Shown here piece by piece: positions 27,896 to 39,989 of a DNA stretch of 64,000 nucleotides. The DNA comes from Octopus sinensis (Eukaryota): the NCBI RefSeq assembly GCF_006345805.1, contig NC_043006.1, positions 101,246,001 to 101,310,000 of the forward strand, written 5' to 3'. Both the position numbers and the translations under genes were made by a program. Positions within the stretch are counted from its first letter, which is position 1. Each line of letters begins with the position of its first letter. The notes below the pieces were generated by a model. The model saw only the letters and a program-made list of their open reading frames with translations, ran no database searches and was not told the DNA's origin.

Positions 27896-28220
27896 ATCAT
27901 CATCATCATCATCGTTTAGCATCCGCTTTCCATGCTAGCATGGGTTAGACGGTTCAACTGGGGTCTGGGAAGCCAGAAGGCTGCACCAGGCCCAGTCTGA
28001 TCTGGCAAAGTTTCTACGGCTGGATGCCCTTCCTAACGCCAACCACTCCACGAGTGTAGTGGGTGCTTTTTACGTGCCACCAGCACAGGTACCAGATGAA
28101 GCTGGCAACGGCCACGATCGAATGGTGCTTTTTATGTGCCACCTGCACGGGGGCCAGGCGAAGCTGGCAACGGCCACGATCGGATGGTGCTTTTTATGTG
28201 CCACTGGCACGAGGCCAGTC
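27896..28220 (-). mobile_element. RTE 3'-UTR fragment with three 62-bp internal repeat units
   Basis: GGTGCTTTTTA(C/T)GTGCCAC units start at 28062, 28124 and 28186. Confidence 0.8.
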
Positions 28221-28239
28221 AATAATAATAATAATAATA

Positions 28240-28270
<31 letters not shown>

Positions 28271-29100
28271 TTCTTTCTCCTATAGGTAAACGGCCTGAAA
28301 TTTTGGGGTAGGGGCTTAGTTAATATTAATAACAACAACAGTAATAATAATGAGCTTATTGTATACAATTCCCAGGTGCATGACAACTCATCTAAAAAGG
28401 GGCAAAATGAGGGGTCAGAAAACAGTAGTAAGTGAAGTTATGAAAGGTAGCAAGGAAACTAAAGTGCGCATGTACAGTACACAAAATAACTCCAAAAAGA
28501 CAGAAAAAGTGAACAGTAAAATAGCCTCAAAAAACGAAAAGATGCATAGACAGGTCTTATACGTAAAACAAAAATAGTAAAGTTACTTTGTCGAGCCATG
28601 CCAGGCTCATAAGGAATGGTTTCCTGTTTCCATGGCATATATATTCCACACCTGGACGGAATGTAGATCCATCACAGGTTACTCATTTTTGCCAAGTGAC
28701 CAGACTGGAGCAACATGAAATGAAGTGTTTTGCTGAAGAATACAATGCATCATCTAGCCCAGGAATTGAAACCACAATCTTATGATCATGAGTCCAACAC
28801 CCTATCCACTAAACCATGTGCCTCCTCTGGCACTGCAGAGTCAGAATATTTTCCAAGAACGTGCATTTTCAGGTGTTCCTCAAAATTACTGCTGTTTGAC
28901 ATAAACCATGCAGCAAGTTCCATTGAATTACAGTTTTTGTGCCTGACGTCAAACCTATGCCCATTGAATCTTATGTTTAATTGTTCCATTGTGCAACCAG
29001 TAATTCTTTCTGCTATAAATAAGCATAAGGACTGAAATTTTGCGTGCGGAGACTATTCAATTACATCAACAAAGCTCACAATGATATAATTTGCATTCTG

Positions 29101-29325
29101 TGGCGAGCTGGCAGAAACGTTAGCACGCCGGGCGAAATGCGTAGCTGTATTTCGTCTGTCATTACGTTGTGAGTTCAAATTCCGCCAAGGTCGACTTTGC
29201 CGTTCATCCTTTCGGAGTCGATAAAGTACCAGTTACGTACTGGGGTCGATGTTCTCGACTTAATCCATTTGTCTGTCCTTGTGTATCCCCTCTATGTTTA
29301 GTCCCTTGTGGGCAATAAATAAATA
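29101..29325 (+). mobile_element. SINE family A copy with 18-bp TSD
   Basis: GATATAATTTGCATTCTG at 29083-29100 and 29326-29343. Confidence 0.9.
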
Positions 29326-30210
29326 GATATAATTTGCATTCTGAATATAAAAAATATTAAGTAATTATTAATTACCACAAGGCATTCAGTTTGGTACTCA
29401 ACCATTTCCATCTCTTCACTATCTTTGAATCTTGATTGGCAGCCTTGTCTCCACTAATTCCATTGCAACATACACGAATGAAGCACTTAATGACCTTTAC
29501 TTAATCGACTCAAGTGTTCTTCAAGAGTCAATACCACCAATAATATTCTACCTTGCAATAACTCACTCTCAGATATCGCTTGGCAGAATCGTTAGATTGA
29601 CAGACAAATACCATGTAGTTATTGTTTTAATTCTTTACATTCTAAGTTCAAATTTCACTGTAGTCAACTTTGTCTTTCATGATTCCAAGATTTGAACTCA
29701 GAATGTCAAGAAATTGAAAAACTATTGCAAGGCATTTGATAGTAGTAGTAGTAGTAGTAGTAGTAGTAATGGTTTCAAATTTTGGCACAAGGCTAGTAAG
29801 TTCAGGGTTGGGTTAAGTTGATTGCATCAACTCCAGTGCTCGACCTGGTACTTATTTTATTGACCCTGGAAGGATGAACAGCAAAGTCAACCTCGATGAC
29901 ATTTGAACTCAGAATGTAAACACAAATGAAATGCCGCTAAGCATTTTGCCTAATGTGCAAACAATTCCGCCAGCTTGCCACCTTAATAATAATAATGGTT
30001 GCAAATTTTTCTACAAGGGCAGCAATTTTGGGGAAGGGGATGAGTCGATTACATCAACCCCAATGTTCAACTGGTACTTATTTTATCAACCCCAAAAGGG
30101 TGAAAGGCCAAGTTGACTTCGATGGATTTGAACTCAGAATGTAGCGGCGGGTGAAATACCGCTCAGCATTTCACCTGGTGAACTAATGACGCTGCCAGCT
30201 TGCCACTTTA

Positions 30211-30266
<56 letters not shown>

Positions 30267-30290
30267 TAATAATTATAATAATAATAATAA

Positions 30291-30846
30291 ATGCCTTGAT
30301 GCCGTATCAGGCAGTGGCTCTCATGGCTTCTGATCTTAACTGATTGGAAGTGTTATCATGTACATTGTTTTGTCTTGGTATAAAAGATGGGCTACAGCAA
30401 ATATTCTGCTCAATACCACAGATTTGCTTGTCAGTTGTTTGACCGTAACCAGTTGAGCATGTCCCTTAGTGGCTGACCATATGTGCATCTCTGATCACGA
30501 GCAGAAGTAGTGGGAGAGCATCAAGCCATGTGTTGAAAAGAAATCTTAGAGGTTTGGATAATTCACCTTTGGAAACATGGGTGGTTCGTTCAACATCCTT
30601 AAACAATCCTTATTCAGGGACCTTTTGAGCGGGACGGGCTACTCGACCAGAAAAAAATTCTAACTGGGCCCCACTTGCAAGGTCATGCGCTGTTTATCTT
30701 GATATGAGATCATCATGTTGCGCACATATGGTTGTGATGCATGTGCCTGGTGTACCCTTATAAGACGGGTAGTCATGATGGGTATACTGGGCTTCGTATA
30801 TTTTACCCCAGTGTCACTTTGATGGCATGCACTGCTCTCTCACTCA
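30291..30846 (+). mobile_element. Longest copy of (AAT)n-flanked retroelement 3' region (Dong/R4-like by inference)
   Basis: (AAT)n on both sides; shares its 3' end with 10691 and 13210, which are shorter at the 5' side. No ORF, so the clade is inferred only from the target. Confidence 0.55.
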
Positions 30847-31377
30847 ATAATAATAATGATAATAATAATAATGATAATGATATATGAAAGTTGATGTAAT
30901 TGTTTGTAAAGATGAATAAACAATGAGAAGTGTGATATGATTGATATGATTTGTTATAAACAGAGATTGACTCTGTCTATTGAATTGAATGAATTAAAAA
31001 TTACTTCAATAGATTGTCTGGCTTCCTCAGGTTCAGATGGTAAAATAAAAAGAACGTAGAACTACAGAAATTCAAAATATGTAAGGGAATATCCTGCATT
31101 CCATTTTAGACAAAATGACATCATTAGTTTTCACTTTTTTATAACTGGTAGCAGGGAAAATGATAAAAGGGAAAAACATCAGTAAAGAGAACATTTAGTC
31201 AAGTAGTTTTGTGTAAATGTAATGAAATTGTCCAAGCATTTCCTTCAATCATCCAGAGATTAAGATTAGCAATTCACAAATATGTTTGTCCTCGTGTGTT
31301 TCAAAGACTGAAAGTGCCATAGAGTCAGAATATTTTCCAAAAATGTGCACTTTAAGGTGTTCCTCAAAATTACAGCT

Positions 31378-31764
31378 TTCTCTCTCTTTACTCTTTTACT
31401 CTTTTACTTGTTTCAGTCAATTGACTGCAGTCATGCTGGAGCACCACCTTTAGTACTTATTCTATCGGTCTCTTTTCGCCGAACCGCTAAGTGACGGGGA
31501 CATAAACACACCAGCATCGGTTGTCAAGCAATGCTAGGGGGACAAACACAGACACACAAACACACACACACACACATATATATATACATATACATATATT
31601 CGACAGGTTTCTTTCAGTTTCCGTCTACCAAATCCACTCACAAGGCATTGGTCAGCCTGGGGCTATAGCAGAAGACACTTGCCCAAGATGCCATGCAGTG
31701 GGACTGAACTCGAAACCATGTGGTTGGTAAGCAAGCTACTTACCACACAGCCACTCCTGCGCCT
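31378..31764 (-). mobile_element. SINE family B copy (small internal deletion), fused to U6 retrocopy
   Basis: Family homology; its head abuts the U6 3' end through AAAAT. Confidence 0.88.
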
Positions 31765-31769
31765 ATTTT

Positions 31770-31876
31770 AAAAATATGGAACGCTTCACGAATTTGCATG
31801 CCATCCTTGCGCAGGGGCCATGCTAATCTTCTCTGTATCATTCCAATTTTAGAATATGTACCACCGTAGCTAGTAC
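31770..31876 (-). pseudogene. U6: Full-length U6 snRNA retrocopy
   Basis: Minus strand GTACTAGCTACGGTGGTACATATTCTAAAATTGGAATGATACAGAGAAGATTAGCATGGCCCCTGCGCAAGGATGGCATGCAAATTCGTGAAGCGTTCCATATTTTT (107 nt). ACAGAGA box and ISL intact, two CpG-type transitions, no recognisable upstream TATA/PSE. Confidence 0.93.
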
Positions 31877-32177
31877 GTCTGGCATAAAACATGCAGCAGA
31901 TTCCATTGAATTATTGTTATTGAGCCTGGCATCACACCTGTGCTCATTGAATCTTATATTTAATTGTTCCATTGTGCAACCAATGACAAGTATAATAGTT
32001 CTTTTCTGCTATAAGCACAACGTCTGAAATTTTGTGAGATGAAATTTTAGTTGATGATATTGAAAGGATGACATGCAAAGTTAACCACAGCAGAATTTGA
32101 TCTCAGAATGTAAAGACAGACAAAATGTAACTAACCATTTTGTCTGGCACACCAGCAATTCTGCAAGCTCACCACCT

Positions 32178-32259
<82 letters not shown>

Positions 32260-32835
32260 GGTGGTGGTGGTGGTGGTGGTGGTGGTGGTGGTGGTGATGG
32301 TGGTGGTGGTGGTGGTGGTGTGGTGGTGGTGGTGGTGGTGGTGGTGGTGGTGATTGGTGGTAGTGGTTGTGGTGGTGGTGGTGGTGGTGTGATGGTGGTG
32401 GTGGTTGGTGGTGGTGGTGTGGGTGGGTTGATGGTGGTGGTGATGGTGTGGTGGTGGTGGTGGTGGTGGTGGTGGTGGTGGTGGTGGTGATGGTGCTAGT
32501 GGTGGTGGTGGTGGTGGTGGTGGTGGTGATGGTGTGTGGTGGTGATGGTGCTAGTGGTGGTGGTGGAGGTGGTGGTGGGGTGATGGTGGTGGTGGTGGTG
32601 GTGGTGGTGGTGGTGATGGTGCTGTGGTGGTGGTGGTGGTGTTGGTGGTGATGGTGGTGGTTGTGATGGTGGTGGTGGTGGTGTGGTGTGGTGGTGGTGG
32701 TGTGGTGGTAGTGGGTGGTGGTGGTGGTGGTGGTGGTGGTGATGGTGGTGGTGGTGTGGGGGTGGTGGTGGTGGTTGATGGTGGTGGTGGTGGTGATGGT
32801 GATGGTGGTGGTGGTGATGGTGGTGGTGGTGGTGT
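32178..32835. repeat. (GAT)n to (GGT)n trinucleotide array running into the assembly gap
   Basis: Direct reading. Confidence 0.95.
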
Positions 32836-32935
32836 NNNNNNNNNNNNNNNNNNNNNNNNNNNNNNNNNNNNNNNNNNNNNNNNNNNNNNNNNNNNNNNNN
32901 NNNNNNNNNNNNNNNNNNNNNNNNNNNNNNNNNNN
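32836..32935. other. Assembly gap (100 N)
   Basis: Run of n. Confidence 1.
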
Positions 32936-33172
32936 ATGTTATGTTCTACCATGGGGCACAGCTTTGCAATGCCCTGTAGAATTTTGGAGGTCATGAGAAA
33001 TTGTAAGTCATTGAGCTGTACTAATCCCTCCCCCCTGACTACATGTCAGTTTTCATGACCTGTACCCTCATAACCAATCCATATTGTACTTCAAAAGTAA
33101 CAAACCAAAGGTCAATGCCATTGCCAATGTCCCAGACTGTTGCCCTTGTAATTGCATTAGCTTATGTATTGT

Positions 33173-33229
33173 GGACAGGTGTGTCTAGGACAGGTGTGTC
33201 TAGGACAGGTGTGTCTAGGACAGGTGTGT
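33173..33229. repeat. 15-bp tandem repeat GGACAGGTGTGTCTA x3.8
   Basis: Perfect units at 33173, 33188 and 33203; partial at 33218. Confidence 0.95.
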
Positions 33230-33430
33230 TGCACTGTCTCTGCTTGTTGCGTCATTTCACTGGAAGACCAAGTATAAACTTCCTTATGCCATTCTCTGAT
33301 TAATGTGGAGGCACGTGGCTTAGTGGTTAGAGTGTGGAACTTATGATCGTAAGATTGTGTTTTCAATTCCTGGACTGAGCAATGTGTTGTGCTCTTGAGT
33401 AAAATACTTTGTTTCACATTGCCCAATCTT

Positions 33431-33810
33431 GTGCAGGAGTGGCTGTGTGGTAAGTAGCTTGTTTACCAACCACATGGTTCCGGGTTCAGTCCCACTGCGT
33501 GGCACCTTGGGCAAGTGTTTTCTACTATAGCCTCGGGCTGACCAAAGCCTTGTGAGTGGATTTGGTAGACGGAAACTGAAAGAAGCCTGTCGTATATATG
33601 CGTTTGTCTGTGTTTGTCCCCCTAGCATTGCTTGACAACCGATGCTGGTGTGTTTATGTCCCCGTCACTTAGCGGTTTGGCAAAAGAGACCGATAGAGTA
33701 AGTACTGGGCTTACAAAAGAATAAGTCCCGGGGTCGAGTTGCTCGATTAAAGGTGGTGCTCCAGCATGGCCGCAGTCAAATGACTGAAACAAGTAAAAGA
33801 GTAAAAGAGT
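33431..33810 (+). mobile_element. SINE family B copy nested in older SINE head
   Basis: Family homology; (GAGTAAAA) tail. Confidence 0.85.
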
Positions 33811-36491
33811 ATTGTCGTCATGTCCAGGCAGGGAGTATCTATGCCATGAAACCAGAAAAATGACCCTTAAAAGTCAGCATGACTTGAGAAAGGTAACTTT
33901 TCTTTTACTCTGATCAATGCACAACATCCCACCCAGCAACATGAATAAAATAGATTTTTCAATATTTATGTCTTACTTAATCAATGGAAGAAGAAAGCTA
34001 TAAATATTCAAGACTGATAGAGGAAAAAAAGGAAATATTCTCTCTCTGGCAACCTGGTGTGAATGCTGCAATGAATTTTTTCCTTTTTATTTTTCAGAGT
34101 TTGAACAATGTTTGATACTTGGCTTACAGCACTAGTAAAAAAGTTTTTGTTGCTTACAATATTGTTTATGTCATGTAAATTAATGTCTTATGTTTTCACT
34201 TGTTAAAATGTTATTTTCCATTTGACAAAGTACATCTGCCTTTCTGTGGACTAGTTTGCACTCTTCTGGCACAAAAAGCCAGAATGAAATGAATGTAAAT
34301 ATATAAAGTTAAAATATGATTAGTTTAAAATACAAACTCCAGATAATAAGGATAAAGGTTCACACATTTTGAACGTCCCTTATTTGAAATAAATCCCTGA
34401 AAAAGAAACTTCTAATTCAGTAAACTTGGCAACAATCCAATTCTCTGTAGTTGGTTTAACAACATGTCCATTCATGCTAACCCAACATAACCGCAATAAC
34501 TAATATTTTATCTTTATTACCCACAAAGCCTGCAAGAGTTAAAGAAAAATACAAAGAAATGTTAAACAGGAAATTTGCAAAGATATGTGGGGATGAGGTG
34601 GCTGTGTTGTACAAAAACAAACGAGGAAGGACATTATACAATACATGATTAGACAAATCAAAAATTTATAAAACACAAAACTTCTTTAAAGATGAAGAAG
34701 TACAATTAAACATGCAATAATTAAAACATTTAAAAATTTAAGAATTCACTTGCATTGATCAGAGCACTTTACATTCACGAGTAATTTTTGAGGGTGGTGG
34801 CCTTAATTAATAATAACAGTTTAAAATTATGGCACAAGGCCAAAAAGTTCAAGGGAGTTGGGTAAGTCAGTTACATCAACCTCCATTGTTCAGCTGATAT
34901 TTATTTTATCGACCTCGAGGGGACGAAAGGCAAAGTCAATCTCAGCAGAATTTGAACTCAGAAAGTAAAGACAGGTGAAATGCTACTAAGCATTTTGTCT
35001 GGCATGCTAACATTTCTGCCAGCTCACCACCTGGGCTTAGAAAATTATATTAACTCAGCATCAGAATAACACTTTATTTATTGTCCCCAAGAGGGTGAAA
35101 GGCAAAGTTCACCTTGGGAAATTTCCAACATAGAACATAAATACCACAAGACACTTTGTCCAATGCTTGCCTCCAAATTTTGTGGAGAGGAAACACCTAA
35201 TTATAACAGTTCCAATACCTGACTGGTAATTATTTCTATGCACCTCCCAGAATGTTGAAAATCAAATTTAACACTGGAGAGAACTGAACCCAGTATATAA
35301 AGAGACACAGCTAAATACTGGAGCCTGGTGCAGCCATCTGGTTCGCCAGCCCTCAGTCAAAATCGTCCAACCCATGCTAGCATGGAAAGCGGACGTTAAA
35401 CGATGATGATGATGATAATGATGATTCTGTGTGGCATTACCATGGTAAAGTTGATTTTGGCAGGATTTGAACTCAGAACAAAAAAGGCATTTTGATCGGA
35501 TACTTCAACGATTCTGCCAGTTCAATCTCTTTGGTGTATTAAAAAGTGTAAATAAGTATAAAATAAGAGAAAAACTTGTTATAAAACAAAGCAATAAAAG
35601 AAGAATATAAACAAGGGAACAAAATAAAGAAAGTTTGTGTGTGGGTGGGGGTGCATGAGTAAGGAGAGGGAGGAAGAAAATGGCTTCAGTGTTTGATTCA
35701 AGTAGTAAGCAATTTTGTATTTCCATAGCAACAAAACGACCATACATTCAATTCATTATTATGATTATTATTTTTATTACCTTTTGTTCCTCAGATGTTA
35801 ATGGGAAAGTATATATCAATACACACACACACAAGCATGTAGAGAAACACGACAAACACATGAACCTGCAAAGAAACATATACATACACACACACGCGCG
35901 TGCACACCCACACACAGAGTTTTTGTTTTGTATTTATTTCAAAGATTCTTAATGTGAAATCATGTGCTGAAACATATTGTTACACCTTAAGAGGATCATT
36001 CTATCAAAAACACACATACACATTGACTATTGTTTACTTCTTTATTGCTACTTGGTTAGTTAATTAAATAATTAATTAATTATTGGGGAAGAGTTTGTCT
36101 TTTGTCAATCAGTGCTATAAATAGATATCGATATATATTCTATTGAAAAACCCTGTACACACATACACACAAGAAAAACCTAAATGCATAAATAAAAATG
36201 AAAAAAATTAGATAAGGCACAGGCATGGCTGTGTGGTAAAAATTTTGCTTCCCAACCACATGGTTCTGGGTTCAGTCCCACTGCATGGCACCTTGGGCAA
36301 GTGTCTTCTAGTATAGCATTGGGCTGACGAAAAGCTTATGAGCAGATTTGGTAGATGGAAACTGAAAGATGTTCATAGTATATATATATTTGTGTATGTG
36401 TTTGTGTTTGTTCCTCACTACCACTTGACAACTTGGATTGGCCTGTTTACAAATATATATATATATATAATCAAAATCAAACCAAATCAAA

Positions 36492-39052
36492 CCGTCCTGC
36501 GGTATTCTACCCACAAATGCTCAACCTACAACCAAATTCGATGCCGTCTATTGCAAGCTGAGCCTATCTGAGTTTTGCCTGCCCGTGTTGGCTGTCTACA
36601 GGCCGCCTCTAGCCGACCCCCAGGACGATGCTCATCTACTCGAAGCGATAAGATTTGTTTCAGCTTCGCATGACTGCTTGGTACTAGGTGACTTCAACGC
36701 TCCCACGATCGATTGGCCCGCATCAATTTGTACAACATCTTCCCGGTTCGGCCAGGCCCTTCTTGACGTGGCTGAAGATTGTTTTCTATCGCAACATGTT
36801 GAATATCCGACAAGGCATCGGTCTGGGCAGCAGCCATCTATGCTAGATCTGGTATTCTCCCGCTATCCAAGATCAGTGTCAGACGTATCTGTGTGCGCCC
36901 CTCTTGCCAAGAGTGATCATGCGGTCCTGAAGTTCGTCATGCACACAACTTTTTCCACGCCCACGATTACTTCGCTGCCACGTAGAGTCTTCTCTGCAAT
37001 TAATCTTGAAATTCTAACCGAGGCTTCCGCGCTTCTGGACTGGCGTTCCCTGATGACGTTGTCCTCAGTTGACGAACTATGGTCATCCCTCAAAGCATAT
37101 GTAATCTGTTTGACTGACCAGGCAGTTCCCGTTGGACTTCCCAAGAGGAAGAAACACAAGCCCTGGGTGACGAAGAAGGTTAAACGAGAACGTCGACTCA
37201 GAGATATTGCTTGGGCTGAATTCAAAAATCTGGATTCGACTGCAGCTTTTGAGGTGTACAAAACTCAACGAGACCGAGCCGTGAAAATTGAAAAGAAAGA
37301 ACGCTTCAGTTATGAATACAAAATCGCGGCAAATGCCAGTAGCAATCCAAAAACCTTCTTTGCCCATGTCCAGCGGAATTCCCGCTTGAACAACCAGATT
37401 GCAACGTTGGTAGACTCAACAGGCGTATCGATTGAGGACCCTTATCAACAGAGTCAATTATTTGCCGAGGCTTTTTCAACTATTTTCAAACAAGATGATG
37501 GTCGTGAACCCCCTCCATTTGATAGATCGGTACCTCCAATGCTTCGATTGATCATCACGCGGGACCAAGTCAAACGTGTTATTCAAGGCCTCGATGTCAA
37601 CAAGGGTCACGGCCCTGACGGCATACACCCACGGGTTATCAAAGCGTTGGCTCCGGTCATCTGCGAGCCCTTAACACGACTATTCAATATGTCATTGGCG
37701 ATGGGTGTTATACCTGCAGACTGGAGAACAGCGATAATCTGCCCAATTTTCAAGAAAGGGAGCCGCGAAGACCCGCTTAACTACCGACCGGTTTCCCTTA
37801 CATCAATAATCAGCAAGATGTTCGAAACCATCCTTAAGAAAAGTATGATGCTCTACCTCCTAAACACAGCCTCGATCACTGATTCCCAACACGGCTTCGT
37901 GCCGAAGAGATCATGCTTGACCAACTTACTAGTAATGGAAGAATTGGTGACGTGCATCCTCGATGATAGTGATGCTGTTGACATCGTTTTATTGGACTTT
38001 GCCAAAGCTTTTGACTCGGTAAACCACCGCCTACTACTTGTCAAGCTTCAAGCATATAGTTTCCATCCGGATATTGTATGATGGGTTGGTGCCTTCCTCT
38101 CAGATCGCTCCTTCCAAGTTCAAGTTAATGGTTCGCGGTCCGACGTCTCCAGTGCGAGCAGTGGCGTACCTCAAGGTTCAGTGCTTGGGCCCTTGTTGTT
38201 CTTAGTCTTCATAAATGACTTGCCCGACGACCTCACGCAACACACCCTTCTATTTGCCGACGATATCAAACTGGTCGCTCCTCGCGGTAGTATAGAGGAT
38301 CTTTGTCGATGCCTCCACCAAATTTGGAAGTGGTCTAATGATTGGGACCTGTGTCTGAACGTGTCAAAGTGCTGTCATCTGCCTGTCAGCTCTACTCCTG
38401 CAACTCAACATGATTTCGAGCCGGGTCGTCTGCTGCTGGAGAGGACCGATCAGGTAAAGGACCTGGGTATCTTGGTGGATTCCTCCTTTTCGCCTTCGGC
38501 CCAGTGCGTCCATGCTGCCAACAAAGCGCGCGGAATTCTGTTTTTGATTCAACGGTCATTCGGAATGCTCACAGCAGCCATATCCCTGCCACTCTATGTC
38601 ATGCTGGTGAGACCCATATTGGAGTATGGGATTCAAGCCTCTTCTCCTTATCTCCTCAAAGACATACAGCACCTCGAAAGAGTCCAGAGGCTGGCTACCC
38701 GCATGGTTCATGGTCTCAAAAATTTGTCCTACGAAGAAAGGCTGAGGACGCTCGACATTTATTCTCTTGAAAAACGCCGCCGCCGTGGTGATCTCATTCT
38801 TGCCCACAACATCATAAGCGGGAAGTGTAACCTCTCGAAAGAGCTGTTCTTCACTCCTGCTCCGGAGCGTCAGCTGCGGGGTCATTCCGAAAAGCTCTAC
38901 CTGCGATGATTTCATCTCAATCGAAGGAGAGGAGCTTTCTCCGTCCGGTTGCGGATCCGTGGAACAAGCTGCCAGACGAGATGGTGAAGATGCCGACGAC
39001 CGCTTTGTTCAAAGCCTCCCTGGACCTCAAGTGGCCTGAACTCTTTACATGA
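36492..39052 (+). pseudogene. LINE ORF2 with two in-frame TGA stops (38079, 38907) and one late frameshift
   Basis: ORFs 36585-38081 and 38181-38909 are in the same frame. Reading through gives IV*WVGAFLSDRSFQV and LR*FHLNRRRGAFSVR, then a shift to VADPWNKLP. Confidence 0.88.
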
Positions 39053-39141
39053 ACACCACCCTGTTCTTAACTCCATGTCCCCCTACATGGCCTTGCTATT
39101 TGCTTTTGAGCCAAATTAACTAACTAACTAACTAACTAACT
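36492..39141 (+). mobile_element. 5'-truncated CR1-type LINE (partial APE endonuclease + RT), (TAAC)n tail, 8-bp TSD
   Basis: DAVYCKL..VLAVYRPP, LGDFNAPTIDW, SDH, GPDGIHP, NYRPVSLTS, QHGF, LDFAKAFDSV, GVPQGSVLGPLLF, FADD. TSD AAATCAAA at 36484-36491 and 39142-39149. 3'-UTR hairpin CCATGT/ACATGG. Confidence 0.93.
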
Positions 39142-39149
39142 AAATCAAA

Positions 39150-39608
39150 TTAGATATCAGAAAGCAGAACCAAAATCGAAGTCGATCAACATCAATGGAA
39201 ATTGCAGCTGTGATACCAGTGCCGGTGACAAGTAAGCGAACCATCCGATCGTGGCCGTTGCCAGCACCGCCCCAACTGGCCTCCGTACCGGTGGCACGTA
39301 AAAAGCACCATCCGTTCGTGGCCATTGCCAGCCTCGCCTGGCCCCCGTGCCGGTGGCACATAAAAATCGCCATCCATCCATGGCCGTTTGCCAGCTCTGC
39401 CTAGCACCTGTGCAGGTGGCATGTAAAAAGCACCCACCACACTCACGGAGTGGTTGGCATTAGGAAGGGCATCCAGCCGTAGAAACACTGCCAGATCAGA
39501 CTGGGCCTGATGCAGCCTTCTGGCTTCACAGACCCCAGTTGAACAATCCAACCCATGCTAGCATGGAAAGCGGACGCTAAACGATGATGATGATGATGAT
39601 GATGATAT
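39150..39608 (+). mobile_element. RTE 3'-UTR fragment (host site of the CR1 insertion)
   Basis: Family homology, about four internal units, (ATG)n tail. Confidence 0.8.
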
Positions 39609-39989
39609 TTATATATCCATATATATATATATATCTAGAAGGGGTGAGAGAGAGAGATACAGAGAGAAAAGGCAAAACAAAATAGAATTAATTTGTTCAT
39701 AAATTATTTAGTTCCATCATCTTACATGTGTTTTGTTAACAATAAAAAAAAAAGCTATCAGCTATCTAAGGAAAACCTTATAATCAAATTTTATTGTCAA
39801 CTTTTCAGAGATTGTGTAACTCATATTCGCAACATTTAAATTTATATAAGATTACAGACAAGGTTACAGTATCAATGGCTGCATTGATAACCTGCCCACA
39901 GGCAAGGCACTGGCAAGAATTGGATGATGTTCCATCCAAGGTCAATAAAGTGTGCTAGTAGTTTCCTTCTAAGTTACTGGGTTTGTAAC

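Noticed and set aside
28062-28215. 62-bp periodic repeat resembling a CRISPR array
   Set aside because: The spacers are homologous to each other, the array lies inside an RTE 3' UTR, the DNA is eukaryotic and there are no cas genes.
33830-34140. Possible donor at about 33893 and strong acceptor at about 34096
   Set aside because: Only very short frames and no homology recognised.
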